In this document: piece by piece, positions 37,636 to 47,211 of the stretch
Numbering within the stretch: the first letter of the stretch is position 1
Layout: each line of letters opens with the position of its first letter
Source of the DNA: an uncultured Acidimicrobiia bacterium
Lineage (GTDB): Bacteria; Actinomycetota; Acidimicrobiia; UBA2766
Assembly (NCBI GenBank): GCA_964370965.1
Contig: CAYJLW010000010.1
Coordinates: 4,227 to 68,226, forward strand
Direction: 5' to 3'
Length of the DNA stretch: 64,000 nucleotides
Translations under genes and position numbers: made by a program
The notes under the pieces: model-generated
The model's database searches: none
What the model saw: the letters and a program-made list of their open reading frames with translations, nothing else
What the model was told of the DNA's origin: nothing

Positions 37636-39077
37636 CGGCGGGGTGCGCCGATCGCCTCCAGGAACGTCTCGGACCTGGCCGTGACGGCTCCGACCCGTTC
37701 GAGACGTTGGCGCAGCTCGCGATCAGAGGTCACCGTGAGGACGCCCGTGCCCGGTTCCGCCCGCTCTGCGATCTCCACGAGCCGGTCATCGGCTTTCGGC
37801 CCCCCGCTGAACTCGAACGTGACCGGCTCCACACGGCGGCGACCGACGAACTGCTCGGGCTCGGCGGAGTCGAACACGACGTGCAGTCGCGCCCCACCCG
37901 GACGCGCCGCTCCCCGGCAGCGCGTGAGGAGAAGCTCCCGCTGGGCATCACCCGGAAGCTCGCCCCAGCCGCGCACACTCTGGCGGGTGACGTTGTAGCC
38001 GTCGACGAGGACGAGGAACCCCCGACGGCCCAGGACCCAGCGGACACCGTCGACGGTGTCGGGAGCGAGTCCCGGCGGATAGCGGACCCGGCGGGTCCTC
38101 CGGACACCGCGTCTGGCCTCGCGCGGGGCCGGAGGCGACTCGCCGGCGGGTTCAGCGGTCGCCTCGCCCGGGGTGCGAAGCCCGTCCATCAGGGACCGGA
38201 GCGAGGCCGCCTGCGCCTCCAGGGCGTCCGCAACCGACGTGAGATCCGGCAGGCGTGACGCCCGCACGGCCTCGACCTCGGCCTCCAGGCGTCGCACCCG
38301 CTCCTCCGCCGCCGCCAACCTCCCCCGCGCGTCGACAGCCGCGGAGTCGGCCTCCCTCGCCCTCGCCCCCAGAGCGTCCTCCCTGGCGGCGACGGTCTCG
38401 GCGGCCCGGCGCCTCCCGTCCTCCGCCGCGCCGACCCGGGCCTCCAGGCCCTCGATCTGTTCGCGCAACCCGCGCCGGTCCCCTCGGATCCGGTCGAGTT
38501 CGCCGTCCTTGTCCTCTGTCGCCCGGAGGGCGTCCGCGAGTCGCTTCTCCAGCCGCTCCCGTTCGCGGATGCCCTCCTCGAGGGCGCTCTCGGAGTCGGC
38601 GACCAGTTCCGTCATGGCCTGGGCGGCCCCCGCCCGGCGGCCCTGCCAGCCGGTGGCCGCAGCCAGCACGATGGCCGCCCAGCCCGAGTGACGGCGGGCG
38701 GCCGCTACCGACGCTATCCGGCTGAGCGCGGCGTCGTTGCCGGTCTCGACAGCTCGCGAGAGGCCCGCCACCGACGGCGCCTCCCCCGCGAACGCCGCAG
38801 CAACGGACGAGGCGAGGTCGGCGGACTCCGCCAGGACCCGCCGGAGGGCCTTGCGGACGCCGGCCTGTGTCGCCGCCTGGCGGGGTTTGAACTTGACGAA
38901 CGGACGCAATTCGGTCGGCACGTCCAGAGGAGGCGCACCGGACTCGCCCCTGGCGAGACGCAGGAACGACACGAAGGCCGCCTCGTAGTACGGCCCCAGC
39001 AGCGAGTCCGCCGCGCCCAGCACGTCGTCAGGGCCAAGGCCCTCCGCCCGGGTTCCCGGGACGCCCGCGTCTCCCAT
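37632..39077 (-). CDS. coiled-coil protein with C-terminal NYN/YacP-like (PIN-related) domain
   Basis: Long RLEAEVEAVR-type heptads. C-terminus FLVLVDGYNVT...HVVFD. Confidence 0.5.
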   Translation of the reverse strand: MGDAGVPGTRAEGLGPDDVLGAADSLLGPYYEAAFVSFLRLARGESGAPPLDVPTELRPFVKFKPRQAATQAGVRKALRRVLAESADLASSVAAAFAGEAPSVAGLSRAVETGNDAALSRIASVAAARRHSGWAAIVLAAATGWQGRRAGAAQAMTELVADSESALEEGIRERERLEKRLADALRATEDKDGELDRIRGDRRGLREQIEGLEARVGAAEDGRRRAAETVAAREDALGARAREADSAAVDARGRLAAAEERVRRLEAEVEAVRASRLPDLTSVADALEAQAASLRSLMDGLRTPGEATAEPAGESPPAPREARRGVRRTRRVRYPPGLAPDTVDGVRWVLGRRGFLVLVDGYNVTRQSVRGWGELPGDAQRELLLTRCRGAARPGGARLHVVFDSAEPEQFVGRRRVEPVTFEFSGGPKADDRLVEIAERAEPGTGVLTVTSDRELRQRLERVGAVTARSETFLEAIGAPRR

Positions 39078-39094
39078 CCCTACAATGCCTCCGT

Positions 39095-39505
39095 ATGGTC
39101 GCCTGGCACCGGGAGTTGCGCGTCGACACGAAAGGCGACGGCGACGTCGTCGATCTCAACGACGTCGCCGTCTCGGCGGTTGCCGACGCAGGTGTCGACT
39201 CCGGGCTCCTCTGCGTGCATGCTCCGCACACCACCGCCGGGGTGACCGCCCTGGAGTACGAACCCGGGGCCAACGAAGATCTCGCCGCCGTCCTGGAACG
39301 CCTCGCTCCCCGCCACGACCGCTACGCCCACAACGTCGCCGACAGCAACGGCCACGCCCATGCCAGGGCGGCGATCCTGGGGCCGTCCGTGACGATCCCG
39401 GTGAGCGGCGGCCGTCCCCTGCTCGGGACGTGGCAGCACGTGGCCCTCGTGGACTTCGACGACCGGCCCCGCACCCGCACGGTGCTCCTCACAGTCGTGG
39501 GCTGA
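39095..39505 (+). CDS. YjbQ/UPF0047 family protein (secondary thiamine-phosphate synthase-like)
   Basis: GLLCVHAPHTTAGVTALEYEPG...HNVADSNGHAH. Confidence 0.75.
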   Translation: MVAWHRELRVDTKGDGDVVDLNDVAVSAVADAGVDSGLLCVHAPHTTAGVTALEYEPGANEDLAAVLERLAPRHDRYAHNVADSNGHAHARAAILGPSVTIPVSGGRPLLGTWQHVALVDFDDRPRTRTVLLTVVG

Positions 39506-39540
39506 GGTGTTCGCCCGGTGATCCCGGTGCAGCGACTCAA

Positions 39541-40704
39541 CTAGACCACGCCGCCCCGACGTAGGGCGACGATCTCTTCGGGCCCGTAGCCCGCGGCGGC
39601 GAGGACCTCGTCGGTGTGCTCTCCGTGGGCCGGGGCGACCCGCTCCAGGGCACCGGGGGCCTCGCGGAGCTTGACCGGAATGCCCAGTTGGGGGAACTTC
39701 CCCGCGGACGGGTGCTCCTGCTCCACGACCATCCCGCGGTGGCGCACCTGGGGGTCCTCGAAGGCCTCGGCGACGGTCTTCACGGGCGCCACGCACACGT
39801 CGAGTCCCTCGAACACGTCCATCCACTCGTCCCGTGTGCGCTGGGCGAACTCCGCGGCGATCTCCTCACGGTGGGAGGGGTCGAAGCCGTGGGCGAGGTC
39901 GCTGCGGCCCAGGGCCGACACGAGAGCGGCCCAGAACTGGGGCTCCAACGCACCGACGCTCACATACCTGCCGTCGGCGCACTCGTACACGTCGTAGCAG
40001 GGAAACCGGCCGTTCAGGACGTACTCCCCAGGCCCGGGGGCCTTGCCGGTGGCGATGTACTCCCCGGCGATCGGCGCCAGCCAGGACACGATGCCGTCTG
40101 ACATGCCGATGTCCACGAAGTCGCCTTTGCCGGTCTCCCTGGCCCGCACGAGCGCGGCCAGGATCCCGACGGCCGCCATGAGACCGCCCCCGCCCACGTC
40201 GCCGATCTGCAGTCCCGGGAAGGCAGGCTTCGCCTCGGGGTCCTGGCCGCACACCGAGAGCCCTCCGGTGTAGCTCATGTAGTTCACATCGTGACCGGCG
40301 AGGTCCCGGTAGGGACCGTCGGCGCCGTAGCCGCTGATCGAGCAGTACACGAGGGCGGCGTTCGCCTGGCGGAGGTCCTCGTAGCCCACCCCGAGCTTGT
40401 CCATGACTCCGGGTCGAAACCCCTCGACGAGGACGTCCGCCGACGAGGCGAGACGCTCCAGGACTGCGACGCCCTCTGGCAACTTCAGGTTCAGGCGCAT
40501 CGAGCGCTTGTTGCGGTTCAGCACCCAGTGGGCGCCGGAATAGGGGCCGATGGAGGCGCCGCCGAAGCGCATGTAGTCCCCCATCCCCGTGTCCTCGACC
40601 TTGACGACGTCGGCCCCGAGGTCGCCCAGAAGCCCCGTGCAGAACCCCCCAGGGAGGAGACGGGTGAGATCGAGAACCGTGACACCGGTGAGGGGACCTG
40701 CCAT
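39541..40704 (-). CDS. CaiB/BaiF family III CoA-transferase
   Basis: LTGVTVLDLTRLLPGGFCT...VLVEGFRPG. Confidence 0.85.
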   Translation of the reverse strand: MAGPLTGVTVLDLTRLLPGGFCTGLLGDLGADVVKVEDTGMGDYMRFGGASIGPYSGAHWVLNRNKRSMRLNLKLPEGVAVLERLASSADVLVEGFRPGVMDKLGVGYEDLRQANAALVYCSISGYGADGPYRDLAGHDVNYMSYTGGLSVCGQDPEAKPAFPGLQIGDVGGGGLMAAVGILAALVRARETGKGDFVDIGMSDGIVSWLAPIAGEYIATGKAPGPGEYVLNGRFPCYDVYECADGRYVSVGALEPQFWAALVSALGRSDLAHGFDPSHREEIAAEFAQRTRDEWMDVFEGLDVCVAPVKTVAEAFEDPQVRHRGMVVEQEHPSAGKFPQLGIPVKLREAPGALERVAPAHGEHTDEVLAAAGYGPEEIVALRRGGVV

Positions 40705-41282
40705 CAGGTCCTCTTCAGCTCGCGGATCCCGGGCTCGGCCAGAGCGATGTCGACGACATTGCGCATTACCCGGCGGGCGCTGGCTTCGTCCCCCGGCGGC
40801 GCCCCGAGACGCACGTAGAGAGTGTCGCCCTCGTGGCTGACCAAGGTGGGCGTGCCGAAGATCCCGTGGGCGACAACGGCGTCGTCGTGCTCCGCGGCCA
40901 CCTCACGCACCTGCCGGCCGCTCTCCAGAACCGACCGGAGGGCATCGGCGTCAGCGTGGGCGGCCCCCGCAGCGCGGAGGAGCGCGTCGCGGTCGGCGAG
41001 GTCGATGCCGGCCTCGTAGCGGGACTCGAGGAGGAGGCGGTGGAAGGCGTCGGCCACCTTGTCGTCGATGCCGCGCAACTCCCGGTACGCGCAGAGCGCA
41101 TCCAGACCGGGAGGATGCTCCTCGGCGTGGTCGAAGAGGCGGTACCCGGGGCGGCTCTCCTGCGCCTGCGCCTGCAGGAAGCAGCGCCACTCGATGTCGT
41201 AGCCGAGATCGGCGACGTCCACCCACTTCCGGAAGTGGTACACGTACGGGCAGTTGAAGTCGAAGTAGACCTTGAAGCTCAC
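40704..41282 (-). CDS. DsbA-family thiol-disulfide oxidoreductase (HCCA-isomerase-like)
   Basis: YFDFNCPYVY with CPYV active site. Confidence 0.7.
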   Translation of the reverse strand: MSFKVYFDFNCPYVYHFRKWVDVADLGYDIEWRCFLQAQAQESRPGYRLFDHAEEHPPGLDALCAYRELRGIDDKVADAFHRLLLESRYEAGIDLADRDALLRAAGAAHADADALRSVLESGRQVREVAAEHDDAVVAHGIFGTPTLVSHEGDTLYVRLGAPPGDEASARRVMRNVVDIALAEPGIRELKRT

Positions 41283-41397
41283 TCGCTCCCCCGGGGGCGA
41301 CGACCGTGCGACCGGAGTATATGGGGCGGGTGCGGCGGCCTCGCCTGCTGTGGAGGGGCGAGGTACTCAAGCGCCCAGTGCCTGAGGCTACGTGCTG

Positions 41398-42441
41398 CTA
41401 CGAGCGGGTCTGGGCTCGGGAGGCCCGGACGAGGGCTTCGAGCTTGGCGACGGCGGCGCCGGAGTCGAGGGCTTCGCCTGCCATGCGGAGGCCGGCCGCG
41501 AGGTCCCCCGCGAGCCCGGCCACGACGAGGGCCCCAGCGGCGTTCAGGACGACGACGTCGCGCAGCGGACCGGCTTCACCGGCTAGCACGCGACGGCAGA
41601 GGGCGGCGTTCTCGGCGGCGTCGCCGCCGGCGAGGTCCCGGGGCGTGGCAGCCGCGAGGCCGAGCTCCGCGGGGTCCACCACGGTTTCGGTCACGGTGCC
41701 GCCGTCGAGGACCCAGACCCGATTGGGCCCCGTCGTGGAGAGCTCGTCGAGGCCGTGGGCGCCGTGGACGACCCAGGCCCGGCGGCCACCGAGAGCCCCG
41801 AGGGCAACGGCCATCCTGGGCGCCAAGACGGGGTCGGGGACCCCGACAAGCTGGTGGTCGGCGCGCGCGGGGTTGGCGAGCGGCCCGAGGACGTTGAACA
41901 CCGTGCGGATGCCGAGCGCCCGGCGCACCGGCCCCACATGGCGCATGGCCGGGTGGAAGACCGGGGCGAAGCAGAAGCCGATTCCGGCCTCCTCGATGCA
42001 GGCCGCCACGGCGTCCGGGCCGATCTCGATCGCCACGCCGAGGGCCTCGAGGAGGTCGGCCGAGCCGCACCGCGAGGACGCTGCCCGGTTCCCGTGCTTG
42101 GCCACCCGAGCCCCGCCCGCCGCCGCCACGAACGCCGCCATCGTGGACACGTTCGCCGTGCCGGAACGGTCGCCGCCGGTGCCGCACGTGTCCAGGAGCG
42201 GCGGCGCGACCGGCACCGCCAAGGAGAAATCGAGCATCGTGCGGGCGAGACCCGTGATCTCCGCGGCGGTCTCGCCCTTGGCCCGGAGGGCGACGAGGAA
42301 GCCGGCGACGACCGCCGGATCCGTCTCCCCCCGCATGATGTCGGCGAGCGCGGCCGCCGCCGTGTCGGCGTCGAGGTCGTGTCCGGCGAGAAGAGCATCG
42401 AGGATGTCCGCCCAGGCCACTGCGCCCCCCTCTAGTTCCAC
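41398..42441 (-). CDS. trpD: anthranilate phosphoribosyltransferase
   Basis: DTCGTGGDRSGTANVSTMAAFVAAAGG...KHGNRAASS...GPLANP. Confidence 0.85.
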   Translation of the reverse strand: MELEGGAVAWADILDALLAGHDLDADTAAAALADIMRGETDPAVVAGFLVALRAKGETAAEITGLARTMLDFSLAVPVAPPLLDTCGTGGDRSGTANVSTMAAFVAAAGGARVAKHGNRAASSRCGSADLLEALGVAIEIGPDAVAACIEEAGIGFCFAPVFHPAMRHVGPVRRALGIRTVFNVLGPLANPARADHQLVGVPDPVLAPRMAVALGALGGRRAWVVHGAHGLDELSTTGPNRVWVLDGGTVTETVVDPAELGLAAATPRDLAGGDAAENAALCRRVLAGEAGPLRDVVVLNAAGALVVAGLAGDLAAGLRMAGEALDSGAAVAKLEALVRASRAQTRS

Positions 42442-43601
42442 CAGAGGTCCCCGCTGATCAGCCCCCCGGCGACGATGCCCTTCTGGATCTGCGTGGTGCC
42501 CTCGACGATGGTGAGCTGGCGGGCATCCCGGTAATAGAGCTCCGTCATGTGGTCCTTCATGTAGCCCGCGGCTCCCAGCACCTGGAGGGCGACACCGGAC
42601 GCCTTCACCGCCACTTCGGTGGCGTAGTACTTCGCCATCGAGAGGAAGGGGGCGTCCGCCTTGGTGAAACGGCCGGCGTCAGACATCGTGGCCGCCCGGT
42701 ACGTGAGCAGGCGGGCGGCTTCGATCTCGGTGGCGACGTCGGCGAGCATCCACTGGATGCCCTGGAAGTCGGCCACGGCGCGCCCGAAGGCCTCCCGTGC
42801 CTTGGCGTACTCGACGGCGTACATGAGCGCTCCCTCGGCGAGCCCGATGCCACGGGCGGCCACTATGGGCCGCATGGAGTTGAGCCCGAGCATGGCCGCC
42901 CGGAAGCCCTCGCCCTCCGCGCCGATGCGGTTGGCCACCGGCACCTCGACGTCCTCGAGCACGAGTTCGCCGGTCGCCACGGCGCGCACTCCCATCTTCC
43001 GGTCCAGCGGCCCCACGCTCACACCGGGCAGGTCCCGGTCGACGACCAGGGCGACGAGCCCGCCGTGGTCGCGGAGCGACGGGTCCCCCAGCTTCGCGAA
43101 GACCGTGTAGTAGTCGGCGGCCGCGACACCGGACATCCAGCACTTGCGGCCGTTGAGGACGTACACGTCGCCGCGGCGCTCTGCCCGGGTCTGCATGCCC
43201 ATGACATCCGAACCCGCCTGCGGCTCCGAGAGCCCGAAAGCCGCCCGCATCTCGCCGGTGGCCACGCCCCGGCAGTAGCGCTGCTTCTGCTCCTCGCTTC
43301 CGGCGATCATGATCGGCCCCGTGGGCAGCCTGCTGAGGAGCAGCAGGAGGGCCGAGGACTGGCAGTACCGGGCGACTTCCTCGATCGCGAGCGTGAGACC
43401 GAGTATCCCGGCACCGGATCCGCCGCAGCTCTCGGGGAAGCAAAGGCCGAACAACCCGGCGTCGGCGAAGACCCCGAAGATGTCCTCGGGGTACTCGCCG
43501 CTCTCGTCCAGCTCCCGGGCTCTGGGCCTGACCTTCTCCTGCGCTATGCGCCGGACGGTGCGAACGAGCTCCTGGAGTTCGGGGGACAGGGAAAAATCCA
43601 C
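42432..43601 (-). CDS. acyl-CoA dehydrogenase
   Basis: AFGLSEPQAGSD...YYRDARQLTIVEGTTQIQ. Confidence 0.85.
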   Translation of the reverse strand: MDFSLSPELQELVRTVRRIAQEKVRPRARELDESGEYPEDIFGVFADAGLFGLCFPESCGGSGAGILGLTLAIEEVARYCQSSALLLLLSRLPTGPIMIAGSEEQKQRYCRGVATGEMRAAFGLSEPQAGSDVMGMQTRAERRGDVYVLNGRKCWMSGVAAADYYTVFAKLGDPSLRDHGGLVALVVDRDLPGVSVGPLDRKMGVRAVATGELVLEDVEVPVANRIGAEGEGFRAAMLGLNSMRPIVAARGIGLAEGALMYAVEYAKAREAFGRAVADFQGIQWMLADVATEIEAARLLTYRAATMSDAGRFTKADAPFLSMAKYYATEVAVKASGVALQVLGAAGYMKDHMTELYYRDARQLTIVEGTTQIQKGIVAGGLISGDLWWN

Positions 43602-43711
43602 GCCCGGCAGGCTAGACGAGGACGCTCCGGCCGCTCTGGCCGCTCAGACGCCGGAACGGTCGCGGGCCGGCGCCGCGTCCCCTCCCGGGCGCTGCACGAA
43701 GCTCGGGGAGG

Positions 43712-43942
43712 TCACGCTGAACGACGGCGCCGCCGGATGATCCGACGCCGCTCGCGCGATGTGGCCCCGCCCCAGATGCCTTCCTTCTCCCGGTGGGCGA
43801 TGGCGTGCTCCAGGCATTGCATCCGCACGGCGCAGGCCCCGCAGATGGCCAGTGCCGGCCCGGCTCCCTCTTCCTCGTCCTCCGGGTAGAAGGTGTCTGG
43901 GTCCACTTCGAGGCAACGTGCGTATTCCCGCCAGTGAGTCAT
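43712..43942 (-). CDS. WhiB-family (Wbl) transcriptional regulator
   Basis: Four Cys: C-x(n)-CGACAVRMQC. GIWGG motif. Basic tail. GGAGG RBS. Confidence 0.8.
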   Translation of the reverse strand: MTHWREYARCLEVDPDTFYPEDEEEGAGPALAICGACAVRMQCLEHAIAHREKEGIWGGATSRERRRIIRRRRRSA

Positions 43943-44208
43943 CGCGACCCCTCCGTCACATCTGCCCGGTCCCCCCGCCGCGACCGGGCCTCCTCCGTTC
44001 TCCGCCGGAGATGATGTCGGCAGGAATTGGGCAGAACTTGAGCCTTTTCCTCCCCCCCGGTGGCAGAGACCGCTCGGGCGCGACACGGCCCCACGCCGGC
44101 GCAGCGGGTGGCACGGCGTCGGGGGGCCCCAACGGGAGCGGAGTCCTCGAAGCGGACGTTGGGGGGAGACGCCGTGACAGGCCCCGCTGCGCCGGCAGAA
44201 GCGCTCCC

Positions 44209-45000
44209 CTACGCGCCCAGATACGCCTCTTTCACCCGCGGGTCCGCGAGGAGTTCCCGGCCGGTGCCCTCCATGGTGATCTGGCCGGTTTCGAGCACGT
44301 AGGCGCGGTCGGCGATCTCGAGCGCCTTGTTCGCCATCTGCTCCACGAGGAGGATGGTGGATCCTTCGCGGGCGAGTTCGGTGATGATGGCGAAGATCTC
44401 GTTCACGAGAAGGGGCGCGAGGCCCAGGGAGGGCTCGTCGAGGAGGAGGAAATGCGGGCGGCTCATGAGCGCCCGGCTGATGGCGAGCATCTGCTGCTCG
44501 CCGCCGGAGAGGAGTCCGGCGGGCCGGTTGCGCCTGTCCTTGAGCACAGGGAACCTCTCGTAGATGGCTTCGAGGTCGCCTTGGATGCGGCTGCGCTGGC
44601 GCCCGTAGCGACGGTAGGCGCCGAGGAGGAGGTTGTCCTCGACGGTGGAGGCACCGAAGATGCGCCGCCCCTCGGGCACATGGGCCATCCCGAGGGCGGC
44701 GATCTTGTGGGCGGGCAACTTCTCGACCGCGGCGCCCCGGAAGAAGACCAGGCCCTTCACGCTCTTGAGAAGCTCGGAGACCCCGGAGACGGTCTTCATC
44801 GTCGTGGACTTGCCGGCCCCGTTCGCCCCGATGATGACGACGACCTCGCCCTGGTCGACGTGGAAGGAGATGCCCTTCAGGGCGGCAGCCGCCCCGTAGT
44901 AGACCCAGAGGTCGCGCACTTCGAGGAAGTGCTCCGACGGTGCCTGCATCATCGCCTTGCGTTGCGTCTCGTCGAGGGGGACCGTCCGTTCCACCATCAT
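44209..45000 (-). CDS. livF: branched-chain-amino-acid-type ABC transporter ATP-binding protein (LivF-like)
   Basis: GANGAGKST...LSGGEQQMLAI...LLLDEP. ATGA coupling to the upstream gene. Confidence 0.85.
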   Translation of the reverse strand: MMVERTVPLDETQRKAMMQAPSEHFLEVRDLWVYYGAAAALKGISFHVDQGEVVVIIGANGAGKSTTMKTVSGVSELLKSVKGLVFFRGAAVEKLPAHKIAALGMAHVPEGRRIFGASTVEDNLLLGAYRRYGRQRSRIQGDLEAIYERFPVLKDRRNRPAGLLSGGEQQMLAISRALMSRPHFLLLDEPSLGLAPLLVNEIFAIITELAREGSTILLVEQMANKALEIADRAYVLETGQITMEGTGRELLADPRVKEAYLGA

Positions 45001-47207
45001 TCCGCCCCCAGGTAGGCCTCGATCACCCGAGGGTCGGCCTGCACTCGATCGGGCGTCCCTTCGGCGATCTTGCGTCCGTAGTCGAGCACGGTGATCATGT
45101 CGGAGATCCCCATGACGAGATCCATGTGGTGTTCGATGAGCAGCACGGTGACGCCGTGTTCGCGGATGTCCCGGATGAGGTCGGTGAGCTCATGGGTCTC
45201 CTGCGGGTTCATGCCGGCGGCGGGTTCGTCGAGGAGGAGGAGATCGGGGTCGGCGGCAAGGGCGCGGGCGATCTCCAGCCTCCGCTGGTCCGCGAACGCG
45301 AGAGTGCCCGCCGGCTCCCAGGCCTTGTCCGCCAGGCCCACGTACTCCAGGAGCCCGTAGGCCCTCCTCAGCACGTGCTTCTCCTCTTTCGTCCCCCAGG
45401 AGAAGAACAGTGATGTGACCAGGAGCGCCTTCGTGCGGGTGTGCATGCCCACCATGACGTTCTGGATCACGGTCATCTGCCGCCACACTTGGAGGTTCTG
45501 GAACGTGCGGGTCATCCCGGACTTGGCCCGGTGATGACTCCTGTCGCTCGTGACATCCTTGCCGGCGAAGACCACCCGACCCTCGTCTGCCTCGTAGAAG
45601 CCCGTGATGGTGTTGATCGTGGTCGTCTTGCCCGACCCGTTGGGGCCGATGAGGGAGTGGATGCTGCCCGGGCGCACCTCCATGTCGATGCTGTCGACGG
45701 CCCGGAGACCCCCGAAGACCTTGGACGTGCTCCGGAGCTCGAGGAGCGGCTTGTCGCCCCAGGACCGCGGGTCGTGCGCGGGGCGGGGAAGGCGGTCGGC
45801 ATCGGTCGTCTCGGGGGGCCGGGGTCGGCGCAGCGCCTTGCCCTTCTTCACCGCCCGGAGGTCGAGGCGCCGCTTGAACTCGCGAATCTGGCCCACCGTA
45901 CCGTTCGGGGCGCTGATCACGTTCCAGATCAGGATGGCACCGAAGACGATCCCGTAGATGCCGGTCACGGTGTCGAGCTTCGTGACCTTGAGGAAGAAGG
46001 GGAAGAGCACACCGAGACCCAGAGCGCCCACGACCGGGCCCGAAACGGTCCCGAGGCCGCCGAAGACGCACATGAAGACGAGGCTGAAGGACTGCAGGAA
46101 CCCGAAGTTCGTCGAGGAGATGAACGAGTGGTTGGGGTCCTCGGCGTAGAGGGCGCCGGCGAGCGCCCCGAACGTGCCCGAGAGCGCGAAGGCGAGGACG
46201 CGGAAGCGGTAGACCGCCACTCCGCTCGCCCGGGCGGCGATGTCACTGTCGCGGATCGCCATCCAGGCCCTGCCCCAACGGGATCGGACCACGTTGATGG
46301 AGAGCAGCACCACGATGAGGAGGACGACGACACAGAAGTAGTAGAAACGGATGTGATAGGCCTCCTGGGAGGCGAAGCCCATGTCCACCTTGCCGGGGTC
46401 GGGATAGAGGCCGGGCAGGCGCTTCTGGGGAGCCACTCCTGTGGCGCCCCCGAAGAAGCTCGTGAAGATGAGCGTGAGGGGGCCGATGAGGCCCACGACG
46501 AGGAACGTCACGACGGACAGGTAGAAGCCCTTGAGGTGCACGCAGAACACGGCGACGACGGCGCCCATCGCCGCCCCCCAGCACAGGGCGATCGGGAGGG
46601 CGAGCCACGGGTCGAGCACCGGTCCGCCCAGCTTCACCATAACGTAGGCCCCCGCGGCCATGAATGCCGCGTTCCCGAGGGAGAGCATCCCCGTGTAGCC
46701 GGCCACGATGTTGAGACCCAGGGCGGCGACCCCGAACGTGATCGCCTCGATCATGCTCGTGACGAAGAACCGCCCCTGGCCGGACGCGGAGTACACGAAG
46801 TACGGGTAGGCGCCCAGAAGGGCAACGAGGCCGATCATGAGCACGCCGTACGTGAGGGTCCGGCGAGAGGGCCTGTAGGCGAGGGGGCCCGCGGGGGTGG
46901 CGAACTCCGGGGCGGCCGTCTCGACGTCGCCGAGCGTGTGCCCCGCAGCGTGCGCGGGGACCTCAGCGGGCGCCTCGGGGAGAGGCGCGGGGGGTGGGGG
47001 CGGGGGCGGCATCGGCGCCGCCGGCCTGCCCGAGGGCGGGGGCACCGGGCTCCCGCCGCCCGGTGGCGGGGCGACGGGTGGCGGCCCCCCACCCGGTGGC
47101 GGCCCCGGCGGCGTGGGGGGGCGAGTGCCCCGCGGCGGGCCGCCCGGGGTGGGTGGGCGGGGGGGGGGGGTGGGGGGCTCGGCGCCGGGCGGCCCGGGGT
47201 GTGTCAT
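44997..47207 (-). CDS. fused LivM-type permease / LivG-type ATPase with Pro-rich N-terminus
   Basis: N-terminal half is a LivM-like polytopic permease. C-terminal half carries GPNGSGKTT, Q-loop, ABC signature and LLLDEPAAG, all in one ORF. Confidence 0.8.
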   Translation of the reverse strand: MTHPGPPGAEPPTPPPRPPTPGGPPRGTRPPTPPGPPPGGGPPPVAPPPGGGSPVPPPSGRPAAPMPPPPPPPAPLPEAPAEVPAHAAGHTLGDVETAAPEFATPAGPLAYRPSRRTLTYGVLMIGLVALLGAYPYFVYSASGQGRFFVTSMIEAITFGVAALGLNIVAGYTGMLSLGNAAFMAAGAYVMVKLGGPVLDPWLALPIALCWGAAMGAVVAVFCVHLKGFYLSVVTFLVVGLIGPLTLIFTSFFGGATGVAPQKRLPGLYPDPGKVDMGFASQEAYHIRFYYFCVVVLLIVVLLSINVVRSRWGRAWMAIRDSDIAARASGVAVYRFRVLAFALSGTFGALAGALYAEDPNHSFISSTNFGFLQSFSLVFMCVFGGLGTVSGPVVGALGLGVLFPFFLKVTKLDTVTGIYGIVFGAILIWNVISAPNGTVGQIREFKRRLDLRAVKKGKALRRPRPPETTDADRLPRPAHDPRSWGDKPLLELRSTSKVFGGLRAVDSIDMEVRPGSIHSLIGPNGSGKTTTINTITGFYEADEGRVVFAGKDVTSDRSHHRAKSGMTRTFQNLQVWRQMTVIQNVMVGMHTRTKALLVTSLFFSWGTKEEKHVLRRAYGLLEYVGLADKAWEPAGTLAFADQRRLEIARALAADPDLLLLDEPAAGMNPQETHELTDLIRDIREHGVTVLLIEHHMDLVMGISDMITVLDYGRKIAEGTPDRVQADPRVIEAYLGAE
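47159..47170. repeat. G12 homopolymer (C12 on the coding strand), followed by a G6 run
   Basis: Lies in codons ~12-16 (PPPP) of the LivM-LivG fusion ORF. Confidence 0.7.
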
Positions 47208-47211
47208 CTCC

